DNA of 64,000 bases from Octopus sinensis (GCF_006345805.1 NC_042999.1:115010001-115074000); one strand, 5' to 3'; shown: positions 1 through 13,504, counted from the first letter of the stretch. Translations and numbers: made by a program. Notes: a model not told the origin generated them from the sequence alone.

Positions 1-92
1 CTTCTACTATAGCCTCGAGCTGACCAAAGCCTTGTGAGTGGATTTGGTGTGTATGTGTGCGTATGTGTGTGCATGTGTGTGTATGTAAGTGT

Positions 93-164
<72 letters not shown>

Positions 165-397
165 TCTCTCTCTCTCTTTGTGTCTGTCTGAATTTGTGTC
201 CCCCCCCGCCCACCATCACCGCTTGACAACCGGTGTTGGTGTGTTTATGACCCTGTAACTTAGCAGTTCGGCAAAATAAAAAAACCGATAGGATAAGTAC
301 TAGGTTTAAGAAATAAGTCCTGTGGTCGATTTGCTCGACTAAAAAAACCTTCAAAGTGGTACTCCAGCATGGCCACAGTCAAATGACTGAAGCAAGC
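1..397 (+). mobile_element. SINE family A (tRNA-derived), cut by window edge, expanded internal (GT)n
   Basis: Shares ctactatagcctcg..gccttgtgagtggatttggt and the tail ccagcatggccacagtcaaatgactgaa with the full copy at 52880-53259. Confidence 0.9.
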
Positions 398-512
398 TTC
401 TTTCAGATTTCGTCTAGCAAATCCACTCGCAAAAGGCTTTGTTAGTCGACCCGGAGCTATTGTAGAAGACATTTGCCCAAGATACTACGCAGTAGAATTG
501 AACACGGGATGC
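398..512 (-). mobile_element. SINE family A 5' fragment
   Basis: Reverse complement of the family A head (aaatccactc..gtagaagacatttgcccaag). Confidence 0.8.
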
Positions 513-549
513 AAACTTTTATATCACACATTCTAATATTTTAATTAAG

Positions 550-680
550 AAATAAAGCCACCAGTTTTAAGGGGACACCTTTGGTCAACACCATTTGACT
601 GGTACTTTATTTTATCGACCCCCTGAAAGGATGAACGACATCATTAGCCTCGGCGAGAATTTGAACCCGTAACGTTAAAG
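550..680 (-). mobile_element. SINE family B fragment
   Basis: ctggtactttattttatcgacccc..gaatttgaac is the reverse complement of the family B core. Confidence 0.75.
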
Positions 681-1105
681 AGCCTAAAGAACCACAACCA
701 CTGTCATCAAATACTACCACCTTCACCACGCCCACCACTAATAACCCTCTATCAACACTACCCTGTCAACAATCTGTCATAAAGTCTATAAAAAGCCGGC
801 TGGCGTTAAAAAAAAAATCGACCATAGTGACTTAATTCTTGAGCCAGTCATCACTTTCCGATGGGAGTGGGAGAAAAGGTAGAAGAAAGAAGGGAGTAGG
901 AGGCGGAGTATGAGTATGAGTAGGAGGAAAGGAGGAGGAGGAAATGTATGATGGGTGGTAATGATGAAGAGAGGGGGAATGAGAGAGAGAGAGAGAGTGG
1001 GGAGGGAGAGGGAGGCGGGAATGATAGCTTGCGTTTAATTAACATTGCTATTCGGTCGACTGACTATTGCTTGTCCCCAATCACGTTGTATCATCACAGC
1101 GGTAG

Positions 1106-1148
<43 letters not shown>

Positions 1149-1159
1149 GGGGTGGAGAT

Positions 1160-2093
1160 TATTGATGATGAGTGGTGGTGGTGGTGGTCGTCGTCGTCGT
1201 CGTCGTCGTCGTGGTTGGTCTGTGGCGTGGTTATGATGATAATGATGGTGAAGGTGGAGTACTTATGGTGATACGATAATGATGATGATGATGACAACGA
1301 GGATGGGGGTATGATGTGGTTTTGGTGATGATAATGACGGCGAGGGAGATGCAGGGTGGGTTATGATGATGCAAACGGTTAAGAGATGAGGTGGTTCTAA
1401 AGATGATGATGATACTCATGGTAGCGGGGTGCTGGTGCTGCCGGTGCTGGTTGTGGTGGTAGTGGCGGTGCTGCTGCTGCTGCTGCTGATGATGATGATA
1501 GAATTGGTGGAGTGGTGGTTGTGGTGGTAGAGGTGGTGATGGTGCTGTTGTTCATGATGGTGAGGTGGCGGTGGCAGTGGTGGTGGTGGTGCTGGTGGTG
1601 GTGGTGGTGATGGTGCTGCTGTTCATGATGGTGAGGTGGCGGTGGCAGTGGCAGTGGTGGTGGTGATGGTGGTGGTTGTGGTTGTGGTGGTGGTGGTGGT
1701 GGTAGTTATGGTAGTGCTGGTGATAGTCGTGGTGGTGCTGGTGGTGCTGGCCGTCGTTGTCGTAATGGTGGTGGCGGTGATGGCTTTATTGCACATTGGT
1801 GCGTGTGTGTGAGATTGTGGTTGCGCTGCTCACTGTAGTAGCGGCACTCGTACTTTGTAATGGTGGTGACGGTGATAGCCGTAGAGGTGCTAGTTGATAT
1901 TATTGCTTGTGATAATTCTGAGAGCGGTGAGACAACGGCAATACCGATAGTGACGGTGATGCTGGAATTACAGTTTGGGGGAGGTGCTGGTGGGTGTGGT
2001 GACATAGGCGGTAGTGGTGGTAGCTTGGGTGGTTCTAATATCACTGACGGTGATATTTCTAGTGATGTTGCCACTACTACAACTACTACTACG

Positions 2094-2134
<41 letters not shown>

Positions 2135-2135
2135 G

Positions 2136-2180
<45 letters not shown>

Positions 2181-2345
2181 GTTACTACTACTACTACTAA
2201 AACTACTACTACAACTACTACTACTACTGCTGCTGTTTCTGCAACTATTACTACTACTACAGCTACTGTTACTACTACTACTATCACTACTATCTGCTAC
2301 TATCACTACTACTAGAATTTCCGTCATTACTAATACTACTGCTGC

Positions 2346-2401
<56 letters not shown>

Positions 2402-2410
2402 ACAGCAGCA
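1160..2410. repeat. Compound trinucleotide low-complexity tract (GGT/GAT/GCT, then ACT, then AGT)
   Basis: Read directly; accounts for the poly-V/T/L/S ORFs. Confidence 0.95.
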
Positions 2411-2419
2411 GCAAGTAAA

Positions 2420-2630
2420 TTAGAAGGATCTCGGTCAGTTTGGACGATGAGTATTCAGTTACTCGACCAATAAATTCAAGCGTGACTGAGTAATCCATAG
2501 ACACGAGTAACCCTTAAGTATCGATAACAATTCAAAAGGAAAATACCTGCAAGAGGAAGAGGCATCCCAGAGTCGAGAACAGTGGAGAAAAGTTGTCGAT
2601 ACTGCATAGGGGTTGAATGACTTACCACCG
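2420..2630 (+). mobile_element. LINE ORF2 3' end remnant (RTE/CR1-like)
   Basis: Translates across a frameshift as ..TLKYR*QFKRK.. and EEASQSREQWRKVVDTA*, resembling the usual RP.LRY.D / A..R..WR..V C-terminus. Confidence 0.55.
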
Positions 2631-2748
2631 TTTTTACTACAAGCATTTGCCAACCCAGCCACAATCACCTTCATCACATCTACCATCATCACTACCATTA
2701 TCACTACTAGTATCAATGTTTAGTCACCGCTAGTACCATCGGAAGAAA

Positions 2749-2965
2749 GGCGGCGAGCTGGCAGAAACGTTAGCACGCCGGGCGAAATGCGTAGCCGTAT
2801 TCCGTCTGCCGTTACGTTCTGAGTTCAAATTCCGCCGAGGTCGACTTTACCTTTCATCCTTTCGAGGTCGATAAATTAAGTACCAGTTACGCACTGGGGT
2901 CGATGTAATCGACTTAATCCCTTTGTCCTTCCTTGTTTGTCCCCTTGTGGGTAGTAAAGAAATAA
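2749..2965 (+). mobile_element. SINE family B, full length
   Basis: tRNA-like head ggcgagctggcagaaacgttagc with B-box gagttcaaattcc, then gtcgactttacctttcatcc..taagtaccagtt. Confidence 0.92.
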
Positions 2966-5526
2966 GTACCATTGGAAGACCTGTTAGTAGTAGAGCCCAC
3001 TGACACAAAATATAGATCTACCAACTCAACTTTATCAAAGCCAACATTGATCTAATGTTAGTATTGACTAATGATCACTGAGGAAATTCAATACGTTGTT
3101 TCTATTTTGATGTATAAATTTTAAGATTTTCATAACATTGTTTCATCGTGTTAAAGATTTAGATTATGTCTTTGATATCGTTCCATAGTAGAGATTGTTT
3201 TAAAGTGTAAATCTCGAACACATATTCAGACAAACAGAATATAGATTCTTTCGGCGAGCACGGAAAAAACTTTAGACTTATTTCGATTTTATTAGATTTT
3301 TTTCAGTTAAGTATAGACTTCACCGCACTTTCTGCAATAGGATTTGTTTTCTGGGGGGTTTTTGTTTGTTTGCTTGTTTTGTTGTTTTTTTTTTATATAT
3401 ATAGAAACCAGACTAAACACTCTGTTTACTTTTTTGCTTTTTTTCAGCTCAGACGGATAAATAAATGAGCTGACGTTTGCTTTGGAATTATTACTAGTTT
3501 TGTTATTGTTGTTGTTGCTGTTGTTGTTTTTGTTGTTGTTGTTGTTTAACCATAGGTCAGTCATGATCATCTTTTTCAAACATAGCTTACCTATGACTAC
3601 ATAATCCAATATACATACAATCCTTTTTTAAGACAGTAGAGTGTGATTTGAAGGAGATTTGGCTGTTATTGAGCCTCGGCGATACATAGCCACCGGTTTC
3701 AATAATAAAAGTATAAAGCTGAAAGATGTATGCATGTATGTATGTATAGTTGGATGGATGGATGGATGGATGAATGGATTTATGTGAAGGTTTCATGTAA
3801 AAGCGTGGGAAAAAAGAACAGTTATGGTGAATTAATGAGAAACTGATATTCGAAGAATAGTCTTTCACTTGGACCTGTTGTTATAGATAGTTAGCCTGAG
3901 CTATGTAATAAACTTCCATAAAGGCATTGAAATGTTGGGGATTTTCAAGAAAGAACGAAGTAAACTGATTTTCATTCACCAAATCCAATCGATAAGTGAT
4001 GCAGTCGAGATTTGTAAAACATTTCAAAGATTCTCCTTTTGAGTTCCCTGGTTTGAACCATTGCACTCAATTAGATGTTTCTACAGTATACATACATATA
4101 TAAAGTGTAATTAAACACATTTGTGCTGTATAGAAACATATCCGTAAATTATATGACTAAGTATATCCATGCATAAATGTACGCACTAATTCCCAATATA
4201 ATCCCTGCAACAGTATTATCTCAAAATTGCTGACACTTTATTAGTGACTAAATAAACCTTTAAAAAATGTATACATACATACGTACATACATACATACAT
4301 ACATACATACATACATACACACATTACAACTCTAGGATTATAGGTGAGACATGTCAGTCAAAACTTCTACTAAATGCAAACATAACAGGCTGACATCGTT
4401 ATTTGGGACAGAAAAACAAAGTCATGTACAGTCATAGAGGTTTGCTGCCCTGCTGATATGAACATCTTTTTTCCAAGATCAGCAGGAAAGAGAATATCTG
4501 TGAAGGAATGTTTTGAAACCTACAGCTCCTTTCTTCGATTAGAAATTCACTTTTATACTAATTACGATTAGTGCACTTGGTTATGTTAGTAGATATTTAA
4601 GCCATAATCTGGAGAGTTTTCAAGCAAAGAAAGAAACCGACTAACATGAACTTTACAGATATACTCTGTAAAGGGAACAGTAGAGGTATGCAAGACTTTC
4701 TTAAAGTTCAATTTGTAACAATTGTTGTTATTTTCATTCAAATTCCAGTAATGGAGCCTTTGTTTCTTTCTTAGAACTTACACAGCAATACCACTCACAA
4801 TTTTCTGTTCTCTACTAGACAGGAAATTCTCGATCAGTTTGCAAGTTGTCCCCTTCAATTCTATAGCTGTTTAGTTCCTTGGGGTACTAGACATTAGAGA
4901 ATTCAAGTTTTTAGATAACAATGCCACTAGCTCTAACTCTCTATTACCCGTTAGACAGAAAATTCTCGACTCACTTGCAGGCTCTCCATAGCTATCTAAT
5001 TTACGACAAAATTTTGCAGTAAACGATTTTATTTAATGATTTGGAGTTAAGACCAGAAACATGTCGTCTAGTTACTTTCTTCAGTACTCTGTCATGAAAA
5101 TATTTATGAAGGGTATTACAAGAGAGAAATGAAAAGAGACTGATAAATAAACAGATATACTGAGAAGTAGATTAAGACTAACAGACTAAGAGGCAAACGG
5201 ATATAAAATTTAGGAAGACAATATTCGGAAAGTAAAGAGGTTTTTATTATTTAAAAAAAAAGGGCAAATACTGAGAAGTAGTTTTTTCTCTTTTATTTTA
5301 GTAATATCGTTTCACTTCTGATTGGGCAGAGAAATGAATAAAGACATTCCAGTCGTAGCCATCCGGCTTTTTTCAAAGAGAGTTAACTGTAAGCTACATT
5401 ACTCAATTTATACTCCTTTATTTTTAATCGGTAGGGTATGATTTGAAAGGATTTGGTTGCTAATTTTAGCACACCGAACAACCATCCATAGGCCCTCGAC
5501 ACAGCTCGTTTGTATGCTGTTGTTAC

Positions 5527-5827
5527 CGGTGGTGGTGGTGATGGTGGTGGTGAGTGGTGATGGTGGTGGTGATGGGGGTGAGGTGGGGTGTTGATGGTGT
5601 TAATGGTAATAGTAATGGTAGTGGTGGTAATGGTCGTAGTGGTGATTGTGGTAATGGTAGTGGTGGTGCTGGTTGTCATATTAGTTGTCGTCGTGATGGT
5701 GGTTTTGGTAGTAGTGGTGGTCGTCGTCGTGGTCGTGGTGGCGGCGGTAGCGGCGGTAGCGGCGGTAGCGGCGGTAGCGGCGGTAGCGGCGGCGGCGGCT
5801 GTAGCGGCGGCGGCGGCGGCGGCGGCG

Positions 5828-5863
<36 letters not shown>

Positions 5864-6185
5864 AGCGGCGGCGGCGGCGGCGGCGGTAGCGGCGGCGGGG
5901 CGGTAGCGGCGGCGGCGGCTGCGGTAGCGGCGGCGGCGGCGGTGGTAGTGGCGGCGGCGGCGGCGGCGGTAGCGGCGGCGGCGGCGGGCGGTAGCGGCGG
6001 CGGCGGCGGCGGCGGCAGTGGCGGCGGCGGCGGCGGCAGTGGCGGCGGCGGTGGTAGTGGCGGCGGCGGTAGGCGGCGGCGGCGGCGGTAGTGGCGGCGG
6101 CGGTAGTGGCGGCGGCGGTAGTGGCGGCGGCGGTAGTGGCGGCGGCGGTAGTGGCGGCGGCGGTAGTGGCGGCGGTGGTGGTGGT
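5527..6185. repeat. GC-rich (GGT)n grading into (GGC)n/(GGCGGTAGC)n/(GGCGGCGGTAGT)n
   Basis: Read directly. Confidence 0.95.
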
Positions 6186-6479
6186 GTTAATGTAGTAGCA
6201 AAGAAAAAATTCAATGAATGAAAAGAAAAATTTTTAAATATAAATAAATACTTAAGCAAAGCGAGAGAAAAAGTCTCATAAAACAAATGATATTCAAAGA
6301 ATGAATTGAAGACTAGTATTAACAAATCCGGAGTTAAGATGTGAAACCTGCCGCTCAGTGATTCCCAATTGGGGATGTTTAAACACCTGCATATAGTAAC
6401 TTTAAGGAAGCCGGCATTTGTTATTGAGGTGGGACTTTTGAAAAAGGTCACGGCAGAGTTTGTGTAGCAAACAGAGCGA

Positions 6480-7440
6480 GGGAGTTGGTGGGAGGTGAAT
6501 GAGAAAAGTGAGTACGTGAAAGTGAGGAATGAAAAGTGAGAGAATGCGATAAAGAAAGGGGAGATAAGTGAATTGGGGGTTTGAGGTTGTTGGTTAAGTA
6601 GAGAATACACAGAAAAATAGTTGGAGAGGTGGGTAGTTGTGTGCTGGAGGAAAGAGAAAAAGCAGTAGATAGACATTGGAGGAAGGACAAGGGGAACGGG
6701 GTGAGGTGAAATGAGTAAATGGTGGTATGGTGTGAGGGTGTGAAAAAGAGAAAAGGATTGAGAAAAGTGAATGGGGAGAAAAAGGGGAAGTGAGGGAGGA
6801 AGTGGGAATGAAAGTGAGAAAGGAAGAGAGGGTGAGAGAGAAGGGGAGAGGGAGAAAATAGAAAGTAAGAGAGAGAAAGCTAGAAAATAAGAAAGGGAGA
6901 AATAAAGCGTAAGAGAGAGTGAGAGAATGAGAATTGGCAGACAGAAATAAAAAAAAAACTGGAATAGAGAGAAGTGAAAAACTAGTTCAGAAATAAAAGA
7001 GTAATAGATACAAGCGAAAGCGAGAGACAGAGACAGAGACAGAGACAGAGACAGACAGACAGACAGACAAACTTAGACTAACAGAGAGACATACAGAGAG
7101 AGAGACACACACAGAAACAGACAGAGAGACAATAAGAGAGAGACAGAGACAGACATATAGTGTGAGAGACAGACAAAACAGACAGAGACATACAGAGAGA
7201 GAGACAGATAGACAGACAGACAGACAGACAGAAAGACATAGAGAGAAAGAGAGAGACAGTGTTGGGAGTGACAGAAGTGAAATAGGGAGATGAGAAATTA
7301 AAGAGTAAATTAGAACCTAATATAAAAAGGGAAGAGAAAGAATAGGAGAATAAGAGGGAAAAACAAGGGGAACGGTAGAGGAGAAAAAGAAAACTGTAAA
7401 AATCATAATAGAAAGGAAGATAAATTGTTAAAAGATGATA
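6480..7440. repeat. Purine-rich (GA/GACA) low-complexity tract
   Basis: Strong A/G bias on the + strand. Confidence 0.85.
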
Positions 7441-7807
7441 AGTATCTATCTATCGATCGATCGATCTAGTTATGTATCTATCAGTTTGTGTATATACTTA
7501 GCTATCGTCCTACATGTCTTCTGCTTATTTAGCTAGCTAGGTGTTAATTTATTTAGATGACTTCCTATCCATCCATCTAACGATTTATCTAGCCAGCTCT
7601 TAATTTATCTACCTATCTATATGTGTTTAACTCCTATGTACCTAAAAGACGGACGATAAGCAACTTCTTTAAAGCGTAGGATAAAATCTGTTGAGATTTT
7701 TAATCCAGCTTTCTACGCTCTGCGTTCAAATCCCGTCGAAGCAACTTTCATTTTCATTATTTTGGATTCGATTAAGGAAAGTACCAGCCGAATGCTTCAA
7801 GAGCGTT

Positions 7808-7918
<111 letters not shown>

Positions 7919-8259
7919 CTCCCTCGCAAGCTCTCATATCCCAGTTATATCGCTGAATCCTGGTTAGAAGATTCGAGAGGGTGTTTGTTCGCGCTAACAT
8001 GGAGCGTTAGAAGAGCTAACGAAAGACTAATTTTTACTACCTTCTCATCCCTGATTTTTACTGACAGCCGTAGTATTTTGTGTATCAATATATCTATTCA
8101 CGCACACACATGTATATAATGGGAAATAGGGCTGTATATTCCGGGTGTGCAAGGTCAGCGTTACACACCAACCAAAGATGGCAAAATTTTCAAATACCAC
8201 TGCATTTTTGAAGTTGTATTTTGATATAATCTGGTCGTAATTTGTTCTTAAACCTTCAA

Positions 8260-8468
8260 GGCGGCGCGCTGGCAGAATCGTCAGCACACCAGACGAAATG
8301 CTTAGCGACATTTTTTCCATTCTGAGTTCAAATTCCACCGAGGCAGACTATACCTTTCATTCTTTAAGGGTTCGGTAAAATAAGTACCAGTTGAGCACCG
8401 GGGAACGATCTAATCGACTTATCCCCCTTTCCCGAAATTGCTGCCCAGTGTCAAAATTTGAAGCCAAT
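8260..8468 (+). mobile_element. SINE family B, full length
   Basis: Colinear with 2749-2965. Confidence 0.9.
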
Positions 8469-8984
8469 GCGTTCTCATACACATTCAGAAACAAATATTA
8501 AATCAGTGTGGAATCGTATCACATGTATAGAAATAACTTAAACTTTCTATGTATATAAATTTTTGCCAGAGTATTAGGATCAGTACCATTTTACATACAA
8601 TGACAAACAACACACACGCATTAACATTTGCGCGCGCACACACACTCACACATATACATGCATGTAATTCAAAATAATTGTGAATGTTGTGTAACGGAAA
8701 GGACAAAATACAGTTTTGAATAAACCCATTTCATCATCCAACGTTCTGCCCAGAATCATTGATTTCGAAGCTTGGTTGAAAGTTCATCTGAAACGCACCA
8801 GAGTTAACACAAGATAAGGCGAAGACAAGTCTTCAACTACAAATGCGCGGGAGGCTGAAACAAGTCCTACGGCTGAAGACCAGTAAGACGAAGTCAGAAG
8901 ACTTCTACACAAGACAAGAACAAATTTGAAGTATAAACATGAGTATCTTTCAACTTTAGATAGAGTAACACACACACACACACA

Positions 8985-9041
<57 letters not shown>

Positions 9042-9341
9042 GGTGTACAAGTGAAAGAAGACTCGAAGTAACGACAGACGCCAGAATATCAAAAATATAG
9101 GCAATTCATAATGGGAAGAGGCTGGAATCAATTGTTCTACACAAAACAGTACCGTATGGCTTTACTAATTCATTTATCTTGCATAGAAGTATTATATAGA
9201 ATATACTCTGACTTTTTAAATGCATAAAAACATCTGTTTGTTAACCGAACGGGGAAGAGGCATGATGAAATGAGTGAAAGAGAAAGAGAAGAAAAGCAAA
9301 GCTACCACTGCCAGCATTTAGATGGAGATTTTCAACAAGAC

Positions 9342-9373
<32 letters not shown>

Positions 9374-9570
9374 ATTTTCTCTTTCTTTTTTTCTCTGTCT
9401 CTCTCTTAACCGGAAAAGGAAATCATATGCTACCAGCAGTGTGTTTGCAAGTAAGACCTGTTTCGGAATTTTTATTGTCACGAAAGTTTGCCAAAGCGAA
9501 GAAGAGTGAAAACAAAGTAAAATCCGAAGTATAACTGAAGTTCTGTAATTTGTATGTGTTTATGTATGTC

Positions 9571-10475
9571 ATTATTCAGTTTTATTTCAAGATTCCTTAC
9601 CACTAGAGAAAGAGCCGGTATCTAACCAATATCCAAGGTTCCTTCACTGGAATTTCAACATCAACAACAGGGTATTTTTGTTTGTATGTATGCATATGTG
9701 CAAATTTGTATGTTTTGTTTTATGTATGTATTCTCATGCATAAAGTTGCATATACAGACATCTTCTAGAAAGTTTTACAGATTTTTTCAGTTCCGGTAAC
9801 GGATTGGATCTGTAGTCTTCTAATTAGCTTTCTCTTTACTGGTTTTGAGAAGCCTAATTTCTCGAGATTGGTATTTAGGCAGTGTGTTACATACCCCAGG
9901 GCCCCAATAATTACAGGTATAAACCTGAATTTGTAATCTGGATAGAGTAACTGCAGTTCAGCATAGATATTCTATTTTTCACTGATCTTCAGCTTTATGC
10001 TAATATCCGCTGGGCAACTAATTTCCACAACTGTGCACAGTTTCTCTTCTCTATCCCAAATCATTATATCAGGTCCCTTATGCTTACATTTCATTGAGGT
10101 CTTCATTGGGGCATTCCACCAGTATTCCTTTTTATTATGAGTGGCTATGGTTTCTACAATACTGTGGATTCTTATTTCTTCGTCCTCGAGGTTATCCTTT
10201 CGAAGAATTTCATTATAGAGTGTCCTATCTGCAACATCACATCTCATCAGTAGATAATACCGTGATGACATTTTCGGACAACTGCTTATGATGTGGGTGA
10301 TATCTTCGGTATTAACTCCACAAAGCCTGCATCGGTTGCCACATTTTACTGCTTTCCCTGCATCTCTAACCCTTTTGTGCATCAGGTACTTGGTTGATAT
10401 TTCCTGTTCCTGGATTGCAAATGCATACCCTTCAAAGTGGGAGGTAATAATCCGGCTATTAGCCCATGATAAACT
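9571..10475 (-). mobile_element. R4/Dong-like RLE non-LTR retrotransposon, 3' fragment (CCHC finger, PD-(D/E)xK nuclease, 3'UTR)
   Basis: CRLCGVNTEDITHIISSC, GPDIMIWDREEKLCTVVEISCP and IPVIIGALG motifs; ends ..aaataaaactgaataat; contains stops. Confidence 0.88.
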
Positions 10476-10684
10476 GCTATGATGGTCTATGTATGTATGT
10501 ATGTATGTATGTATGTATGTATGTATGTATGTACGTACGTATGTATGTATGTTCGTACGTATGCACGTATGTATGTACGTATGTATGTAGTTCCAGTACT
10601 TATAGTTTTTAAAGGTACTTATTCTATCGGTCTCTTTATATACACGTACATATACATAAACTCATATATATACATATATGTGTG

Positions 10685-10753
<69 letters not shown>

Positions 10754-10755
10754 TA

Positions 10756-10885
10756 CATGGTTCCAGCTTCAGTCCCACTGTTTGGCACCTTGGAAAGTGT
10801 CCTCTACTATAGACTCGGGCCGACGAAAGCATTGTGAGTGGATTTGTTAGACGGAAACTGAAAAAGCCTGTCGTGTATATATATA
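10756..10885 (+). mobile_element. SINE family A 5' half
   Basis: ttcagtcccactg..ggcaccttggaaagtgtc..gacggaaactgaaa. Confidence 0.85.
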
Positions 10886-11379
10886 TATTCGTTTTAGTAG
10901 TAGAAGAAGAAGAAGAAGAAGAAGAAAGAAGAAGAAGAAGAAGAAGAAGAAGAAGAAGAAAAACTACAACAACAACAACGACAACAGCAACATCAACAAC
11001 AACAATTACAGTAACAACAACAACACGGCAAAAACAGCATAAGTGTGAAGGACGAACAACGAGTTTTAAAAATACAAAAACATGCTGAAATTGCAAGGTA
11101 TTAGATTGTTTCGAGATTGTGTGAAATGAAGAATAGAGGAGATGGCGGTAGTGTGAAATTCCTAGGAAGAAAAATAGTGCGTGTATTTTTTTAGAGTCAG
11201 AACAGATGAAGAAATATCTGCCTAGTGTACTTTGGTGGAAGATAGGATCTTTATTTGACAAATGACCATCGCAAACTGCCCTAAGCACACACACACACAT
11301 TTATATGGATTAGGAATTATGAAGCTGTGTTAGAATGGATTAGTGTATGTATAGTATGATGTGGAATGAGTAAAGGAAA

Positions 11380-11686
11380 TTTTACTCTTCTCAAATCATT
11401 CCAAGAAAATTTAGCTTCTTTCTGATTTTCATTTTCCCCTCTGTCTCTTTCTTTCTCTCCCTTTCTTTCGCTTCTCATCTCTCTCTTTCCCTCTTTCTCT
11501 CCGTCTCGTCTCTTCCTCTTACTCTGCCTGTCTCTTTCTTTCTCTTCTTCTCTCTCCTCTCCTTTTGTCATACCTTTCTTACTGCATTCTCTTCTCTCTT
11601 TTGTATGATATGTCTATGTAGAGCAAATGTGGACAGACAAGGGTCCCAGACGGACAGACAGAATTTCGCTTTTATTATTATAGATT
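11380..11686 (-). mobile_element. Helitron-like non-autonomous element, 5' portion
   Basis: Minus strand starts ATCTATAATAATAAAAGCGAAATTCTGTCTGTC, like the Helitron-type starts at 19442 and 50835; left boundary uncertain. Confidence 0.45.
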
Positions 11687-11940
11687 AGGAGCGGCAGAAG
11701 CAGTATCAATACCATAAGGTAATATTTATCTCCCACTTAAAAGTAAATGTTCTGTTAGAAAACAGAATACCGCGTTATTATTTAGCTTGTGAGAGCCTCA
11801 CATATGGACTTGTAGTGTATATAAGTACTCGTGTTTATATCGCTAGCGGGAGATAATCGTCCACCATCGAACGATTGTGTGTGTGTGTATGTGTGTGTGT
11901 GTGTGTGCGTGTGTGTGTGTGTGTATATATATATATAAGT

Positions 11941-12579
11941 AATTTTTTGCTAGTTTTATTTTGTCTTTTTGTCTTCTCTCCATGTGCTGTATGAACCTTT
12001 AATGTGATTTTAGAGTCCGATTTTGGCTGCTATTTTCAGCATGGCGGTATCTCGTAGATACCCTAAATTATAATTTTAATAATAATTATTACCTTTCAAG
12101 GTTTTTATTTCCATACTGGCCACTTGATAAGATCGTTATTTAATTTAAAGTAACGATCTTATCCTTATTTATATAAATAATAAATTTGTTTTATTATTGT
12201 ATTTACTGCAGTGATGTTTTAACCATATCGCACAAGGAGTTACGAAGCGGGCAATTTAAACTGGTCGTGTTGCATACGTGCATATATATGTATGTATACG
12301 TTCGTATATGTAAGTATTCGTATATGTAAGTATTCATGTATATATATGTGTATTTATGTTGCTCACTGCGTATATTCCACTGATGAGGCAAAACATTTCC
12401 AAATGCAAAGCCAGAAATCCGGGATCTGGAATTATCCAGTAATTTTTTAGTTTTATCTTGTCTTCTTGTCTTCTCTCCTTGTGCTCCATGAACATTTAAT
12501 GTGGTTTTAGAGTCAGATTTTGGTTTCTGTTTTCAGCATGACGGTATCTCGTAGATACTCTAAGTTATAATTTTAATAA

Positions 12580-12586
<7 letters not shown>
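11941..12586. repeat. Diverged ~150-bp direct repeats (11941-12090 and 12440-12586)
   Basis: Both read ..tgtcttctctcc.tgtgct..atgaac.tttaatgtg.ttttagagtc.gattttgg..cagcatg.cggtatctcgtagatac.. Confidence 0.9.
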
Positions 12587-12631
<45 letters not shown>

Positions 12632-12673
12632 ATATATATATATGAATATGTATACATATATAAATATTCATAC

Positions 12674-12711
<38 letters not shown>

Positions 12712-13504
12712 TCCTATACACATACATTTATGTATTTACACACTCACACATACACGCACGCACATACACATACACACACACACAATATATATATATATAT
12801 ATATATATATACACGGCGAATAGGCAGAGTCGTTAGATCATCAATTAGTTTATTTTGCAGTAATTGTTCTAGTTCTCTACACTGTAAGTTTAAAACCCTA
12901 TTGAGATCAATTTTGCCTTTCATCACTTTATAAATAAAATACCTATCCTATACTCACTAACTCTTTTTTTGCTGTCGGTATGTCTATTCTCGGGGATGAA
13001 AAACGGTTGTGATCAATCTTGAAGAGGGGTCACAAAACGCCGAATGTCACGACGGATTCCCTACAATTTCATTGCAAGTTGAGAGCCCGCTGTACTTAGT
13101 GTTGGTCTTCGTAGCCGTGGTATATGATACAGATGTAGTGCAATCTTCGTGGAACAAGTATTGAAAACTATTCATTGTCTAGACTCCTTTGGATTGCTTT
13201 GGATTGGATAAACGTAGCTATCATAGATTGCAGTTGTATGTAAAATGTGTTTCACAGTGTGGCCATTTTGGGAATGCTATTTCGCTAAGTAGTTGTAAAT
13301 TCCCATGTGCTAATAGTGACCACCTGCGTCGCCCGAAACAAACCTTTGTATACGATAAGCTAACAATGTTTTATTGAATAGCTAGTATTTATATAAGACA
13401 GAAATGAGACGCAAAAGATCAGCTATCGCTAATTAGAGGGAACGTGGTAGTAGTAAAATTCTAAATTTTGAAACAAGAAGTTATACCAGAATATTCGCAC
13501 GTAA

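Noticed and set aside
7-2504. Poly-HT, -V, -T, -L and -S ORFs here, and the many YIYI/CVCV ORFs across the window
   Set aside because: They are direct translations of di-, tri- and tetranucleotide microsatellites.
2549-2629. Canonical-looking 79-nt minus-strand intron (GTAAGT..ctcttgcAG)
   Set aside because: The + strand is better explained as a LINE ORF2 C-terminus, and the flanking exons would be low-complexity sequence.
5554-6676. Gly-, Ala- and Pro-rich ORFs up to 331 aa
   Set aside because: GGC repeats lack stop codons; no splice context or domain.
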